A DNA stretch of 64,000 nucleotides, taken from IMG/VR virus record IMGVR_UViG_2775506945_000003; one strand, given 5' to 3'. The notes under the pieces were generated by a model that had not been told where the DNA came from, made no database searches, and worked only from the letters and a program-made list of their open reading frames with translations. The DNA is from a virus. Its lineage: Duplodnaviria > Caudoviricetes. Position 1 is the stretch's first letter; each line of letters begins with the position of its first letter. The translations under genes were made by a program, and so were the position numbers. Shown piece after piece: positions 28,090 through 37,487 of this stretch.

Positions 28090-30151
28090 ATGACTAACCG
28101 AGACTATGTACTCTCCATGGACAAGATAAAAAATATACTAGAATTTCTTGCCAAAATCGGCCTCCCCATGGGCGCAGCATTTATATGGCTCTATGCAATA
28201 AAAATTAATTACTTCCCTAAAGGGATAACTATTGGCGATAGTTTATCCCTTTTAATTCTTGCGCTTACTACTTCAGCCCTACTGCTTGCATATGCTACAG
28301 CAACAATCATCGGGTCACTCTCAGCAATCCAACTATTCTCTTTTGCCACCGAAAATTACAAAAAAGGAAAGAGTATTTTTTCAATATTCAAACCTCCCTT
28401 ATCAATAAATGTCTACGACCCCTTTCTCATAACCACTCTATCCTACGCTGGAATATATAGCCTGTGCGCAGGAGATATCATTGCATTTATTCTGACAGTC
28501 ACCATTGGAATAACCACCTCCATTCTTATCCAAAAGAAATACTTATCCAACCCTGACTCCATTGGAAATCAGGGCCATTCAACGCTATCTCATGACAGCT
28601 TGCATAGCACCAGCAACGGGTCTGGTGACCAAGCCAGCTGCTCGCGTGCCGCTTTGATATTGCGGTGGCCTGCCCAACGCAAGCTGTTCAGTGCCCAGCT
28701 ACGCAGCTGAGCAAACACGCCAGCATTCACGCTGATCTGACTGGCATCTTCGTTCAAGGTCACGTCGCGAACGTAGTGGCAGCGGTTCTCTATGCCCCAA
28801 TGATCGCGAACCAACTGACTGGCTTGCTCCGCCGTCAACTCCCGAGTGCAGACATACCAGGCTGTATCCTGGCTTGACCGCCATTGCTGATGTCCAACGT
28901 CGAAGCGCTCTACTTTGCGCCCCACGCCAATCAGCGTACGCAGCAAGGTCCAGTCTTCCGGCAGGGTGCCCTCCGCTAGGCGCCAGATACGTGTCTCGCG
29001 TCGTTCTATTCGGTTGCGGTGGCCTACATCCTGCGTGGCGCACAGCTCCGCTGCCGCATGTGAGGCAGCGAATTCCAACAACTGCTCGTGAAGCTTGGGC
29101 TGGTTGCGCTTGACCTGCACCAGCACGTCACTGCCTATTTTTTTAGCAACTTGCAGCGTTTTTTTGACAGTGCAAGGCATCCAGCGTGTATAGCTGGCCG
29201 GACAGCCCCAATTCTTCAATCAGCTGCTGTGCCGCCGCGATTTCGTTGTTCTTGTCGCCATCGCGCCAATGGATCTGCCCCAGCACCAGGTGATCGAGAT
29301 GGCGGAAGGCGGAGAGCCATTGCAGTGCCGGCGTTTGCGCCGCCTGGTCAAGGCTGCCACGCAGGGTCTTGCCGTCCAAGGCAATGGCGCTGATGCCCTC
29401 GTTCTGGGTGAGTTCTGTCAGTTGCGCGGCTTGCTGGCGCAGTGCCTGCTCCAGCGCGGCGGCATCGATGCCGCGCAAAATGGTGTAAAGCGCGGTGTAG
29501 CATGGCTTGCGCCGCCAGTTGAGGCCCGTATGTTGGCGAAGCCAGTCCCAGCGGACCTCGATGAAGCGATAGACCGAGCGATAGCTATCCGCGCCGGCGA
29601 GTACGGCCAGAATGCTGCACAGAAGCACGTGCGGCAGGTCGAACAAGCGACCTTGACCGCGCCGATGGTCGGGGATAGTGGAGAGGATGGCGAGGGTCAG
29701 CATGTGGCATATCGCAAATGAATACGGACCGTTCATTTGCCTACAAGTTCAGCGTTGAATGGCCCTGATTGGAAATGTTGAATTAGACAAGAAGAAAAAT
29801 GATTCCGCACATATAAATTTCCTAATTTTACTTGTTATAATTTCCGCATACTTCTCCACGAGATCAGACGCCTTCTTTCACTTACTAAAATATGGGACGA
29901 AAATCATTCACCTTCGAGAAGAAGCCGCTACCATTTACACAAAAACACCCTATAGCGACATTCTTTCCAAACATATCAAACCAACCAGTGAAATTGGCGA
30001 ATTCAAAGAATTCAAAAATATCATAGTTCTGTTCAATGGCATTGGATCCATGACCGTCATATCCTTAGACAATAAAGATGGTGGCGCAATACTGGAAATA
30101 CCAAAGGAACAAATCATCATATCAAACACAGTCACAGGAAAAATAAAATAA
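28090..30151 (+). pseudogene. Low-GC multi-TM membrane protein (~284 aa) split by ISAs1
   Basis: Frame restored across 9-bp duplication: ...SIGN-VELD... Confidence 0.8.
28570..29767 (-). mobile_element. ISAs1-family element; transposase in two frames (29143-29736, 28590-29219)
   Basis: TIR CAGGGCCATTCAACGCT; TSD ATTGGAAAT; ALDGKTLRGS, TLDALHCQ, HWGIEN..DVTLNED. Confidence 0.9.
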
Positions 30152-30167
30152 CCAAACCACTTATAGA

Positions 30168-30716
30168 TCACTCATTAAGACTTGCCAAAAAATCCCACTC
30201 CCCAAAATCAAACTTTGGGGTTTTCAAAAAAAGCCTTTCTCTTATTTCAGCTGCAACCCCCCAAGAGTAGCCCCCTCTTTTCTTCAACTGCCTTATTGAC
30301 TCGTCCATTCCCTCAAAGGGCTCACCCCCGTCACCATAGTAAGCATATGATATCAAGCCATTACTATAATGAACATTTGCTTCAATGCACTGAACTTTCG
30401 AATTAATATCAACCCCAAGCAAAACCCAATCAATATCACCTGGAATCTGAAGATCAGGCACTCTTACGAACTTAGCGTACTCATAAGAGGCATACCTGCC
30501 AGCTTGATCCTTAGCTTCTATGACATCTCCAATCAAGTGTGCACATGCAATTGCATGTGCTTCAAGACGAGCTGCCAACATTATGGCATCACCCTTTTTT
30601 TTCTTTTCATTTTGCTGAGATTTTGAATACCAGTCCTTTCCGATTACCACAATCTGATTCAATGCCGCCCCAAGCAAACCTCCACCTAAAAATTTAAGCC
30701 AATCCTCGTAACCCAT
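30168..30716 (-). CDS. Low-GC hypothetical protein with N-terminal TM (moron)
   Basis: AT-rich ORF with hydrophobic N-terminus. Confidence 0.7.
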   Translation of the reverse strand: MGYEDWLKFLGGGLLGAALNQIVVIGKDWYSKSQQNEKKKKGDAIMLAARLEAHAIACAHLIGDVIEAKDQAGRYASYEYAKFVRVPDLQIPGDIDWVLLGVDINSKVQCIEANVHYSNGLISYAYYGDGGEPFEGMDESIRQLKKRGGYSWGVAAEIRERLFLKTPKFDFGEWDFLASLNE

Positions 30717-30751
30717 AGCTAATCACTTCGCAATAGTTTTAACAATCAGCA

Positions 30752-31651
30752 CTATATCCCATCTGCAAATACCAATTCCACATAGCTAAGCGTATTCGGA
30801 TGCGCCGGCCACGGACAAGCCTCGCGGCTGGGGTACACGCCAGGCCCCAGCCCGTAACGGTCGGCGGTCGCGTGGGTGTCGCACACGTCGCGGACGCGGT
30901 GGTTGGGCGACAGCCGAAACCTCACCCCAGCCACGCCATCGACTTGGAAGGCCGCGCCCATATAGGCCTCGCCGTGGGCGCGGTTGATCTCGCTGCGAAA
31001 CACCCGCTCCGCCTGGTACACCACGCCCTTGCCGTTGACCGGGTCCGCCTCCCCCGTCATCAGGCTGCGCACCCGCCGGCCCAGGTTGCCGCCGCGGGCG
31101 CCGTTGTAGGCGCTGGCGATGTCGGCCGGCACGCCCGCCCCGCGGCCCATGCTGCGCAACATCGCCTGGTGGGCGCTCTCGCCGTTGATTACGGCGAACT
31201 GGATATGGTCGGTCAGTACCTGGGCGGCGTTGCGGTTCAGCCGCCACAGGCGATCCGACAGCTGTAGGCCGTCGGCAGCGGTGAAGGAACGGACGAATGC
31301 GACAGCGGAGTGATTGACGGCGAACAGGGTGGACTCCGGCAGCGCGCCGGCGAACACGCCCGCCCCGACGCATGCGGACTGCTCGATGCGGCGGTACAGC
31401 TGGCCGTCTCGCCGCTCTTGCAGCCGGCGCAGCTCCTCGCGGACATGGGACAGCACGTTCTGTAGTTGCTCCAGGCCCACCCTGTCGCCCTGCCCGGCCG
31501 CGCGCTCGATATGCTGCACGATCAGGTCGCCGGCGTCGTCGTAGGTCTCGATCAGCTCGTCCACCGCCGTGTCGTTCAACCGGTTCCGCTGTTCTACAGC
31601 CGCCAAGGTGGCGGCGCGAATGGTGGCGGCGCGGTCCAGGTTAGTGGGCAT
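30752..31651 (-). CDS. Head morphogenesis protein (Mu F-like minor capsid)
   Basis: LSDRLW, AERVFRSEINRAH, D.CD, PAHPNT. Confidence 0.8.
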   Translation of the reverse strand: MPTNLDRAATIRAATLAAVEQRNRLNDTAVDELIETYDDAGDLIVQHIERAAGQGDRVGLEQLQNVLSHVREELRRLQERRDGQLYRRIEQSACVGAGVFAGALPESTLFAVNHSAVAFVRSFTAADGLQLSDRLWRLNRNAAQVLTDHIQFAVINGESAHQAMLRSMGRGAGVPADIASAYNGARGGNLGRRVRSLMTGEADPVNGKGVVYQAERVFRSEINRAHGEAYMGAAFQVDGVAGVRFRLSPNHRVRDVCDTHATADRYGLGPGVYPSREACPWPAHPNTLSYVELVFADGI

Positions 31652-33053
31652 GGTCTAGATCCGTGGCCGACTCCCCTTTGCGACCGTTGCCAGGGGTGAT
31701 TTTGACCGTAGGCGCGGCGCCATCCTCGGGATATGGGTCGTAGTGGGCGGCGTCGCTCTCGCGGCGGGCCTCCACCGTGGCCGGGTTGTAGCCCACCTCC
31801 TCCCAAACCATCGATTTCGGCAGGCCCAGCGCAGACAGTTTGAGGGCGCGGTCTACCGTTTGGCTGGCTGTTTCGGTGCGGCGCTCGGCGAAGGTGACTT
31901 TGAATTCCTCCGCGTCCGGGTTGATGCCCCGGAGCAGCAGCTGCAGGCGGAATCCGAACTCGTACACCCAGGCCAGCGTGTCCTGCAGCTGGTCCACTTC
32001 GTCGTAATAGTCCCGCTTCAGGTCCTCAAGGATGTCCCGCGCCATGCCGTCGGTGTAGCCCATCAAGCCCTTGGGCAGCGGGGTGCCGGCGAAGAACGAA
32101 TCCAGCAGGTACAGCACGTCCTGGATCTCGCCTAGGGCGGCATCGCCCTGCACAGCGCTGACGGAACCTTTCTTGTTCAGGTAGAAATCGGTCTGGATCA
32201 GCTCGGCGTTCGCCTCCACCCGGTCCTGGTAGGCCTGCAACTCCGCCTCCGTGGCCCCTTCCAGCACGTGGGACAGGCGCAGCGGCGCGCGGTGTTTGCG
32301 GCGGATCACCATGTCGGTGTCGGTCATTCGCAACTTGCGCCAGATCTCGCGGCTGGCGTCCAGGAACGGCCGGCCCAGCGCGCCCATGTCATCGAAATTT
32401 TCCGGGTCCAGTCTGGCCAGGGTGAGCTGCCACAGCGGAAAAGTGGCCAGCTCCAGGCCGTTGGCCAGGTCCATCTGGGTGTAGGCGGCGCGCGGGTCCA
32501 GGAACTGGCCGTTGATGCCGACATTGGGCCGCATGGTCTCGGTGGGCATGCGCACGGCAGACACAACGTTGCCGGCGGCATCCAGTACCCACTGCATGGG
32601 GAGGTTGCCCTCTTTCAACAGGCCACGGGCGTCGCTTTTCAGCTTCTCCGCCCGGTTCAGTTGCAAGCGGCTGACGAAGCGGCCCCACTCTGCGCGCAGC
32701 GGGCTGGTGGGGTCGGTCTGCAGCAGCACCAGCCCGCCGCGGGTGACGTCCCGCGCCACCCTCACATGGATACGTTTCACCCGGCCGTCCGCCAGGTCCA
32801 TCTGGCGGATGTCCAGGATGGTGGCGCGTAGGTCGTGGTCCACATAGAACTGCCGGTACATGGCCCGGATCTGGTTCTCCGGCGTTGAGCGGCGGCCGCT
32901 TTCGCTGGTGACGCCAGCGGGCTCGCCGGGGAGCGTAGGCGTTGAACTTTCCGGGTCCGTCCGTGGCGGCGCTGCAGGCGGAGCGGACTGGCTGGTGGCG
33001 GGCGGTGTCTGGCGGCGGCCAAAACGGGCCAGCAGAGAATCAAGAAGCGGCAT
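31641..33053 (-). CDS. Portal protein
   Basis: ~470 aa between TerL and gpF-like gene. Confidence 0.75.
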   Translation of the reverse strand: MPLLDSLLARFGRRQTPPATSQSAPPAAPPRTDPESSTPTLPGEPAGVTSESGRRSTPENQIRAMYRQFYVDHDLRATILDIRQMDLADGRVKRIHVRVARDVTRGGLVLLQTDPTSPLRAEWGRFVSRLQLNRAEKLKSDARGLLKEGNLPMQWVLDAAGNVVSAVRMPTETMRPNVGINGQFLDPRAAYTQMDLANGLELATFPLWQLTLARLDPENFDDMGALGRPFLDASREIWRKLRMTDTDMVIRRKHRAPLRLSHVLEGATEAELQAYQDRVEANAELIQTDFYLNKKGSVSAVQGDAALGEIQDVLYLLDSFFAGTPLPKGLMGYTDGMARDILEDLKRDYYDEVDQLQDTLAWVYEFGFRLQLLLRGINPDAEEFKVTFAERRTETASQTVDRALKLSALGLPKSMVWEEVGYNPATVEARRESDAAHYDPYPEDGAAPTVKITPGNGRKGESATDLDHAH

Positions 33054-33267
33054 TGTCGGGAGCCTCGATTGGGGTAACAGACACGACATCGCGCCAGCCG
33101 TTGATCATGCCGGCGTCCAGTAGGTCGCGGATCAGTTGGTCGTCGCCAAATGCCTCGCGCCAGGCGTCGCGCATCTGGGCTGCGCGCTGGCGCTGCGCCG
33201 GGGTGAGCGGCGGAGGCGGCGGCAAGGTTTCATCCGGGTGGGCCCTCTTGTATTTGCCGTAGCTCAT
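33040..33267 (-). CDS. Small phage hypothetical protein
   Basis: Coupled to TerL stop. Confidence 0.55.
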   Translation of the reverse strand: MSYGKYKRAHPDETLPPPPPLTPAQRQRAAQMRDAWREAFGDDQLIRDLLDAGMINGWRDVVSVTPIEAPDNAAS

Positions 33268-34922
33268 CGCATCCTCAGAAGTTGGTCCGCGGTCATGCCG
33301 CGGCTGGTGATCACCGTCGGGGTGTAGCTGGCCACGCCGCGGGTGAGCAGCGCCCAGACGCCGGCGCTGGCGGCGTCGAAAAGGTCGTCGCCAATCTTCG
33401 GGTTCGCCATTTTGTAGCTGTTGTAGCTGGCGCCCTGGACGGCCTTCGATTTGATATTGCCCAGCTGGCGAATGAAGCGGCCCCAGTCGCTGGCGTCGGC
33501 CTGTACCTGGTCCAGCGCGGACGGGCCCCAGTTTGTGTTGGCGCCGTTCTTGGCGCGCAGCGCGTCGATGCCGTCGTCAACGTAGGGAATGGCGGCCTGG
33601 CCGTTGTGGAAGGCGGCGCGCAGCGCGCTGGCCATGCTGTGCTTGGTCATGCCCTCGAATCGGATCGGCGCGAACGGCCAGTGCTGCCAGGTGCTGGCAG
33701 TGGACTGGCCCTCGCCGATGCTGCGGCGGTCCACCTCGGTGAGGCCCAGGGCAAACAGGCGGTCATTCAGGCTGGTGAGCATGCCCAGGCCGTAGGCGTC
33801 GCCCATGGCGTAGTCGGGGCGGAAGTATTCCCACAGGCCCGCCAGATCGCGCTCCACCACCGCGTCGTCGGTGCCGGCCGGCCAGGTTTTCACATAGGGG
33901 AATGTGATGAAGTTGCCCACTTGCTCGCACACCACCAGCGCGGAGCATGAAGCGTGGGCGCTTTCGCCGTGGCCGCTGTGGTCATAGCCGAATGAGAGCA
34001 GCCCATTTTTGCGGTAGCGCTGGCCGGGCAGAGGGCCGGCGGCCTGCAGGCCGGCTTGCAGCCCCACCGCCATGGCGCGGCGGATGTATTTTTCCCAGAT
34101 CCAATTCTGCGCGGCGGCGTTGATGCAAAGGAACTGACGGATGTATTCCGCCTCCGGCAGCTGGCTCTGCATCTCCAGCACGAACGCCTCACTCAGGATG
34201 CCCAGCTCGATGCCCAGGTACACGTCCACCGGCGGCAGAATGTGGTAGCCACCGGTTTCGATCAGGTGGCTGAGGACGTCCGCGCCCTTGTGGACGCCGG
34301 TAATGCGGATTTGAGGCTTGAAGCTGATGCCCTGGTCCACCCCCAGCCGGCGCGCGGAGCCCAGCATGGGCAGGAACCGGGAAAACAGCCGCTCGGCCGG
34401 CATGTCATCGGTTTCTTCCAGGCTGGCGAAGCTGATGCCGTCGCCGTCGATCTGGCTCATGATGCCGTAGCAGCTGGCCTTGCTGCCGTTGGCGAACTGG
34501 TATTTCAGATCGGCAATCTGGCGCCGGCCGGACTTGTAGGCGATCCAGCCGGCCAGGATCTCGGAACGGCGGATGGCGTCGAGGTGATAGGTGATGTTGG
34601 TTTGGCTCTGCTGCAGCCGCGGCGCGACGATGCCCTCTTCCTGGAATGGCGTCGTGGCCAGGAATTCCAGCGCGTACATCTCTTTGACGGCCGTCTTGCC
34701 CGTCCGCCGGCAGCTGAAATCCACCGTGTTGGGGTTGGCGTCCATCTCCAGCATTTTCAGCACCTGCATCGGGTCCAGATCCACGTTGTGAACGTGCTTG
34801 GCCCATAACGCATGCGGCCGGATGCCGGTTGCCGGGTCCGGCCGGGCGTAGCGCATCACCTCGGCCTCGGCTCGGTGCTGGATTTTGATGCGCTGGGCGG
34901 CGCCGATACGCTCGCCACTCAC
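33264..34922 (-). CDS. Terminase large subunit
   Basis: RRTGKT Walker A, ASLEE Walker B, FGYD and GDDLFDA nuclease motifs. Confidence 0.85.
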   Translation of the reverse strand: MSGERIGAAQRIKIQHRAEAEVMRYARPDPATGIRPHALWAKHVHNVDLDPMQVLKMLEMDANPNTVDFSCRRTGKTAVKEMYALEFLATTPFQEEGIVAPRLQQSQTNITYHLDAIRRSEILAGWIAYKSGRRQIADLKYQFANGSKASCYGIMSQIDGDGISFASLEETDDMPAERLFSRFLPMLGSARRLGVDQGISFKPQIRITGVHKGADVLSHLIETGGYHILPPVDVYLGIELGILSEAFVLEMQSQLPEAEYIRQFLCINAAAQNWIWEKYIRRAMAVGLQAGLQAAGPLPGQRYRKNGLLSFGYDHSGHGESAHASCSALVVCEQVGNFITFPYVKTWPAGTDDAVVERDLAGLWEYFRPDYAMGDAYGLGMLTSLNDRLFALGLTEVDRRSIGEGQSTASTWQHWPFAPIRFEGMTKHSMASALRAAFHNGQAAIPYVDDGIDALRAKNGANTNWGPSALDQVQADASDWGRFIRQLGNIKSKAVQGASYNSYKMANPKIGDDLFDAASAGVWALLTRGVASYTPTVITSRGMTADQLLRMR

Positions 34923-35878
34923 TGCCCGCTCCCGTTCTGCTGCTGGTATTCGATCAGCACCGGGTCGCGCTGCTTGCGGGCGTTGGCGCGGTCGGCGAGC
35001 ACACGCAGTGCCTCCAGGCTTGCGGCCTGTTTGGCGGCGTAGTCCTCCAGCAAGATCACCGGCGGCCCGTCTCCGCCTTGCCCCAGCCTGCCCATCTGCT
35101 GCTCTTCCTGCTCGATCGCCTTCGGCGTCATGCCCATGTCGGACAGCGCCAGGTTGTTGCGGCTGAGGAATTCCTGCAGCGGCTTGAGCAGCGGGTGCGC
35201 CTTCGTCTCCATGATGATGCGCTTTTCGCCGGTATCGAAATCGCTGTACTCGCCGATCACGATGTCACCCTCGCGCGTCACCGCCCAGGCCGGATGCTCG
35301 AGCTTCACGCCGTCGGCGATGATGGTCTGCAGGATCTGCTGGATGATGGCGGTGATGCTGGCCTGGATGGACGAATAGATGGGCGTCAGGTGCTTGGGGT
35401 TGCGCTGCTCAAACGCCGCGTGATGCACCATAAAAAGCTGGGTTTGCCGAATGCAGGCCGGCTGCGACGCGCAATAGCCGTGGTCCACGTCACAGCTTGA
35501 ACACGCCGGATATTTCCCCGGCCGGGCCGGGAAGTACTGCGCCGTCTCCGCCGTCATGCCATGTTTCAGGGCGTTGAATCGGGTTCGCAGCGCCTCCTCC
35601 GGTGTGGGGTGGCCCTCCAGGTTCTTGGCGCTTGCGGCTTTGCCGGCAGCCGTGCGCGGCCCGGTGGCGCTCGCCCAGGCCTTCACCAGCGACTTGTGGA
35701 ACGGCGCCTGCGCCGCCTCTTCGCCGCAACGGGAGCAGTTCGCGAAATAGGCGAATGGGTGGTGAGCAAGGTCTGGCTCGTCTTCCACGCGCGTCGGAGC
35801 GGCGTCAAACGTGCTCCCGCACGCCGGGCAGCGGAAGGTCAGGGATTCGAGCTGTTTGGAAAGGTCGCGCTTGGCCAT
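34919..35878 (-). CDS. Putative terminase small subunit with Zn-finger clusters
   Basis: CxxC pairs; TGPRT..GK..NALKHG motif; upstream of TerL. Confidence 0.65.
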   Translation of the reverse strand: MAKRDLSKQLESLTFRCPACGSTFDAAPTRVEDEPDLAHHPFAYFANCSRCGEEAAQAPFHKSLVKAWASATGPRTAAGKAASAKNLEGHPTPEEALRTRFNALKHGMTAETAQYFPARPGKYPACSSCDVDHGYCASQPACIRQTQLFMVHHAAFEQRNPKHLTPIYSSIQASITAIIQQILQTIIADGVKLEHPAWAVTREGDIVIGEYSDFDTGEKRIIMETKAHPLLKPLQEFLSRNNLALSDMGMTPKAIEQEEQQMGRLGQGGDGPPVILLEDYAAKQAASLEALRVLADRANARKQRDPVLIEYQQQNGSGQ

Positions 35879-35884
35879 GCTGTC

Positions 35885-35926
35885 ATTTCACAGCATGGCC
35901 GGTGGTGGAATAAGGGGGGGATTTAG
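35885..35926 (-). promoter_or_regulatory. Late promoter motif copy 3 (before terminase, probably leaderless mRNA)
   Basis: CTAAATCCCCCCCTTATTCCACC-N13-TGAAAT-N6-ATG. Confidence 0.7.
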
Positions 35927-35941
35927 TGATATTGAAAAATA

Positions 35942-36769
35942 TCAATGACCGTATGGGCGATCAAACCACTTGTCAATATTTTTAAATTTTTTATTATCAA
36001 TATAATAGCGCACCTCCATCAAATCCTCCTCCATGCTCCTTAAAAATTCATCCTTTTCCTCCTCGTGGGAAGATGGAAGATTTCTCACCCAGCGAGTAAA
36101 GATACCAACAAAATCTGAATAGTCCACACTATTAAATTCTTCATTCACTTTCTTGATATAGCTAGACAATTCTTTTAACTCATTAATTCTATCCAAATAC
36201 CCAGGCACAAGATCAATACCTCCCGCATGCCCATAATTTCTCCTCACCAATTCATTTACCTCCTGATTACACACTTGCTCCCGCGCATAAACAAATCCTC
36301 TAAGAATTAAAAGGCAGTGATGAGATAGGTCTGATAAATTCATATTATGAAGCGGCTTCATTAATATAGCAATCTCAGCGGCATCCACCTTAAGTACACT
36401 CAAAATACTTAACACTTCCTCTGTCAACGCCTCAGTCTCCCGCTTTGGAATTGGTCCATTCATCCTTCCAATCCTCGCCATAAGCTGAGTTGACAAGTGT
36501 GAGAAAATTTTCGTCACTCTTACCAATCTACCCATCAACTCATCAGCCTCTTCAATCTTCCTCTCTAACACCCTAGACTTTGCCTCAAACCCAAAACCTT
36601 TAATAAATTCAAATTTATCCATACTAAACAGCATCAACATTAAAATCCCCGCTGAAAAACAAGTCACAGCGGAGGATGTCATATCTCTAACTGATAAATA
36701 TATTCCAGTGCAAAATGAAATTACACCAATCAGCTTTGCAACAGAACCAATTTGAAAAATATTTGCCAT
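35942..36769 (-). CDS. Low-GC two-TM + helical-domain protein (moron)
   Basis: Two N-terminal TM segments, AT-rich codons. Confidence 0.7.
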   Translation of the reverse strand: MANIFQIGSVAKLIGVISFCTGIYLSVRDMTSSAVTCFSAGILMLMLFSMDKFEFIKGFGFEAKSRVLERKIEEADELMGRLVRVTKIFSHLSTQLMARIGRMNGPIPKRETEALTEEVLSILSVLKVDAAEIAILMKPLHNMNLSDLSHHCLLILRGFVYAREQVCNQEVNELVRRNYGHAGGIDLVPGYLDRINELKELSSYIKKVNEEFNSVDYSDFVGIFTRWVRNLPSSHEEEKDEFLRSMEEDLMEVRYYIDNKKFKNIDKWFDRPYGH

Positions 36770-36788
36770 CACCCCCCCAAAAAAAGCT

Positions 36789-37274
36789 CTATTTAATGAT
36801 TTGCACCACTCGACTCTTTTCCAACCGCTCATCGAACGCCCACTCTAAGCGCAAAGCAATAGTCTTTGCATCACATCCCATACTCGCAAGCTGCTTGATA
36901 TATGCATTCCGTTGAAACATTCGATACGAACGATAACGCCTCAAAGTTATTTCTAACCCTCCCTTTGAATGATGCCACTGCTCTTCCGCATCTAGGATAC
37001 GCCACATGACCAAAAAAGCATCCATCCCAATCTCAGTCGCCACCTTCTGCCAGCAATGATGCATGCCCATCGCGCGCAACTCATCCAGCCGCGGATCTCG
37101 CACACGATTTCTTTTGGCCTCATCGGGAAGTTTAGACACAGGGTAGACATCCAGGTACCCGCCCCCCCTGCCCGGGCCAGCCATCTGCCCTTGCCTACCC
37201 CCCACCCCATAGACTGTCCTACTCGCAATAGAGTCAGCCTGTGCAATTCCCGTGGTTTGACTTCGCTTTTCCAT
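36789..37274 (-). CDS. Mor/C-like late transcription activator
   Basis: VATEIGMDAF and QRNAYIKQL..IA..RVVQII resemble Mor family; start uncertain. Confidence 0.6.
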   Translation of the reverse strand: MEKRSQTTGIAQADSIASRTVYGVGGRQGQMAGPGRGGGYLDVYPVSKLPDEAKRNRVRDPRLDELRAMGMHHCWQKVATEIGMDAFLVMWRILDAEEQWHHSKGGLEITLRRYRSYRMFQRNAYIKQLASMGCDAKTIALRLEWAFDERLEKSRVVQIIK

Positions 37275-37487
37275 ATCGCCACACCCTCCGCACACCGCAT
37301 GCAACCGTCCAGCCACTTCGCACTTTGTTAGAAGGCGAAGTGGTAGCCCCTGGACAGCCTCCACGCTTTGATTTCGATTTAGCCCGTTTTGAAGGCCACT
37401 TTGAGAATCTGCTGCAACCCTCTCGGCACGGCCCTCTCACCTCACAGCCAGTTACCGCCACCCTGGCTTGTAAGAATCAAATCCGCC

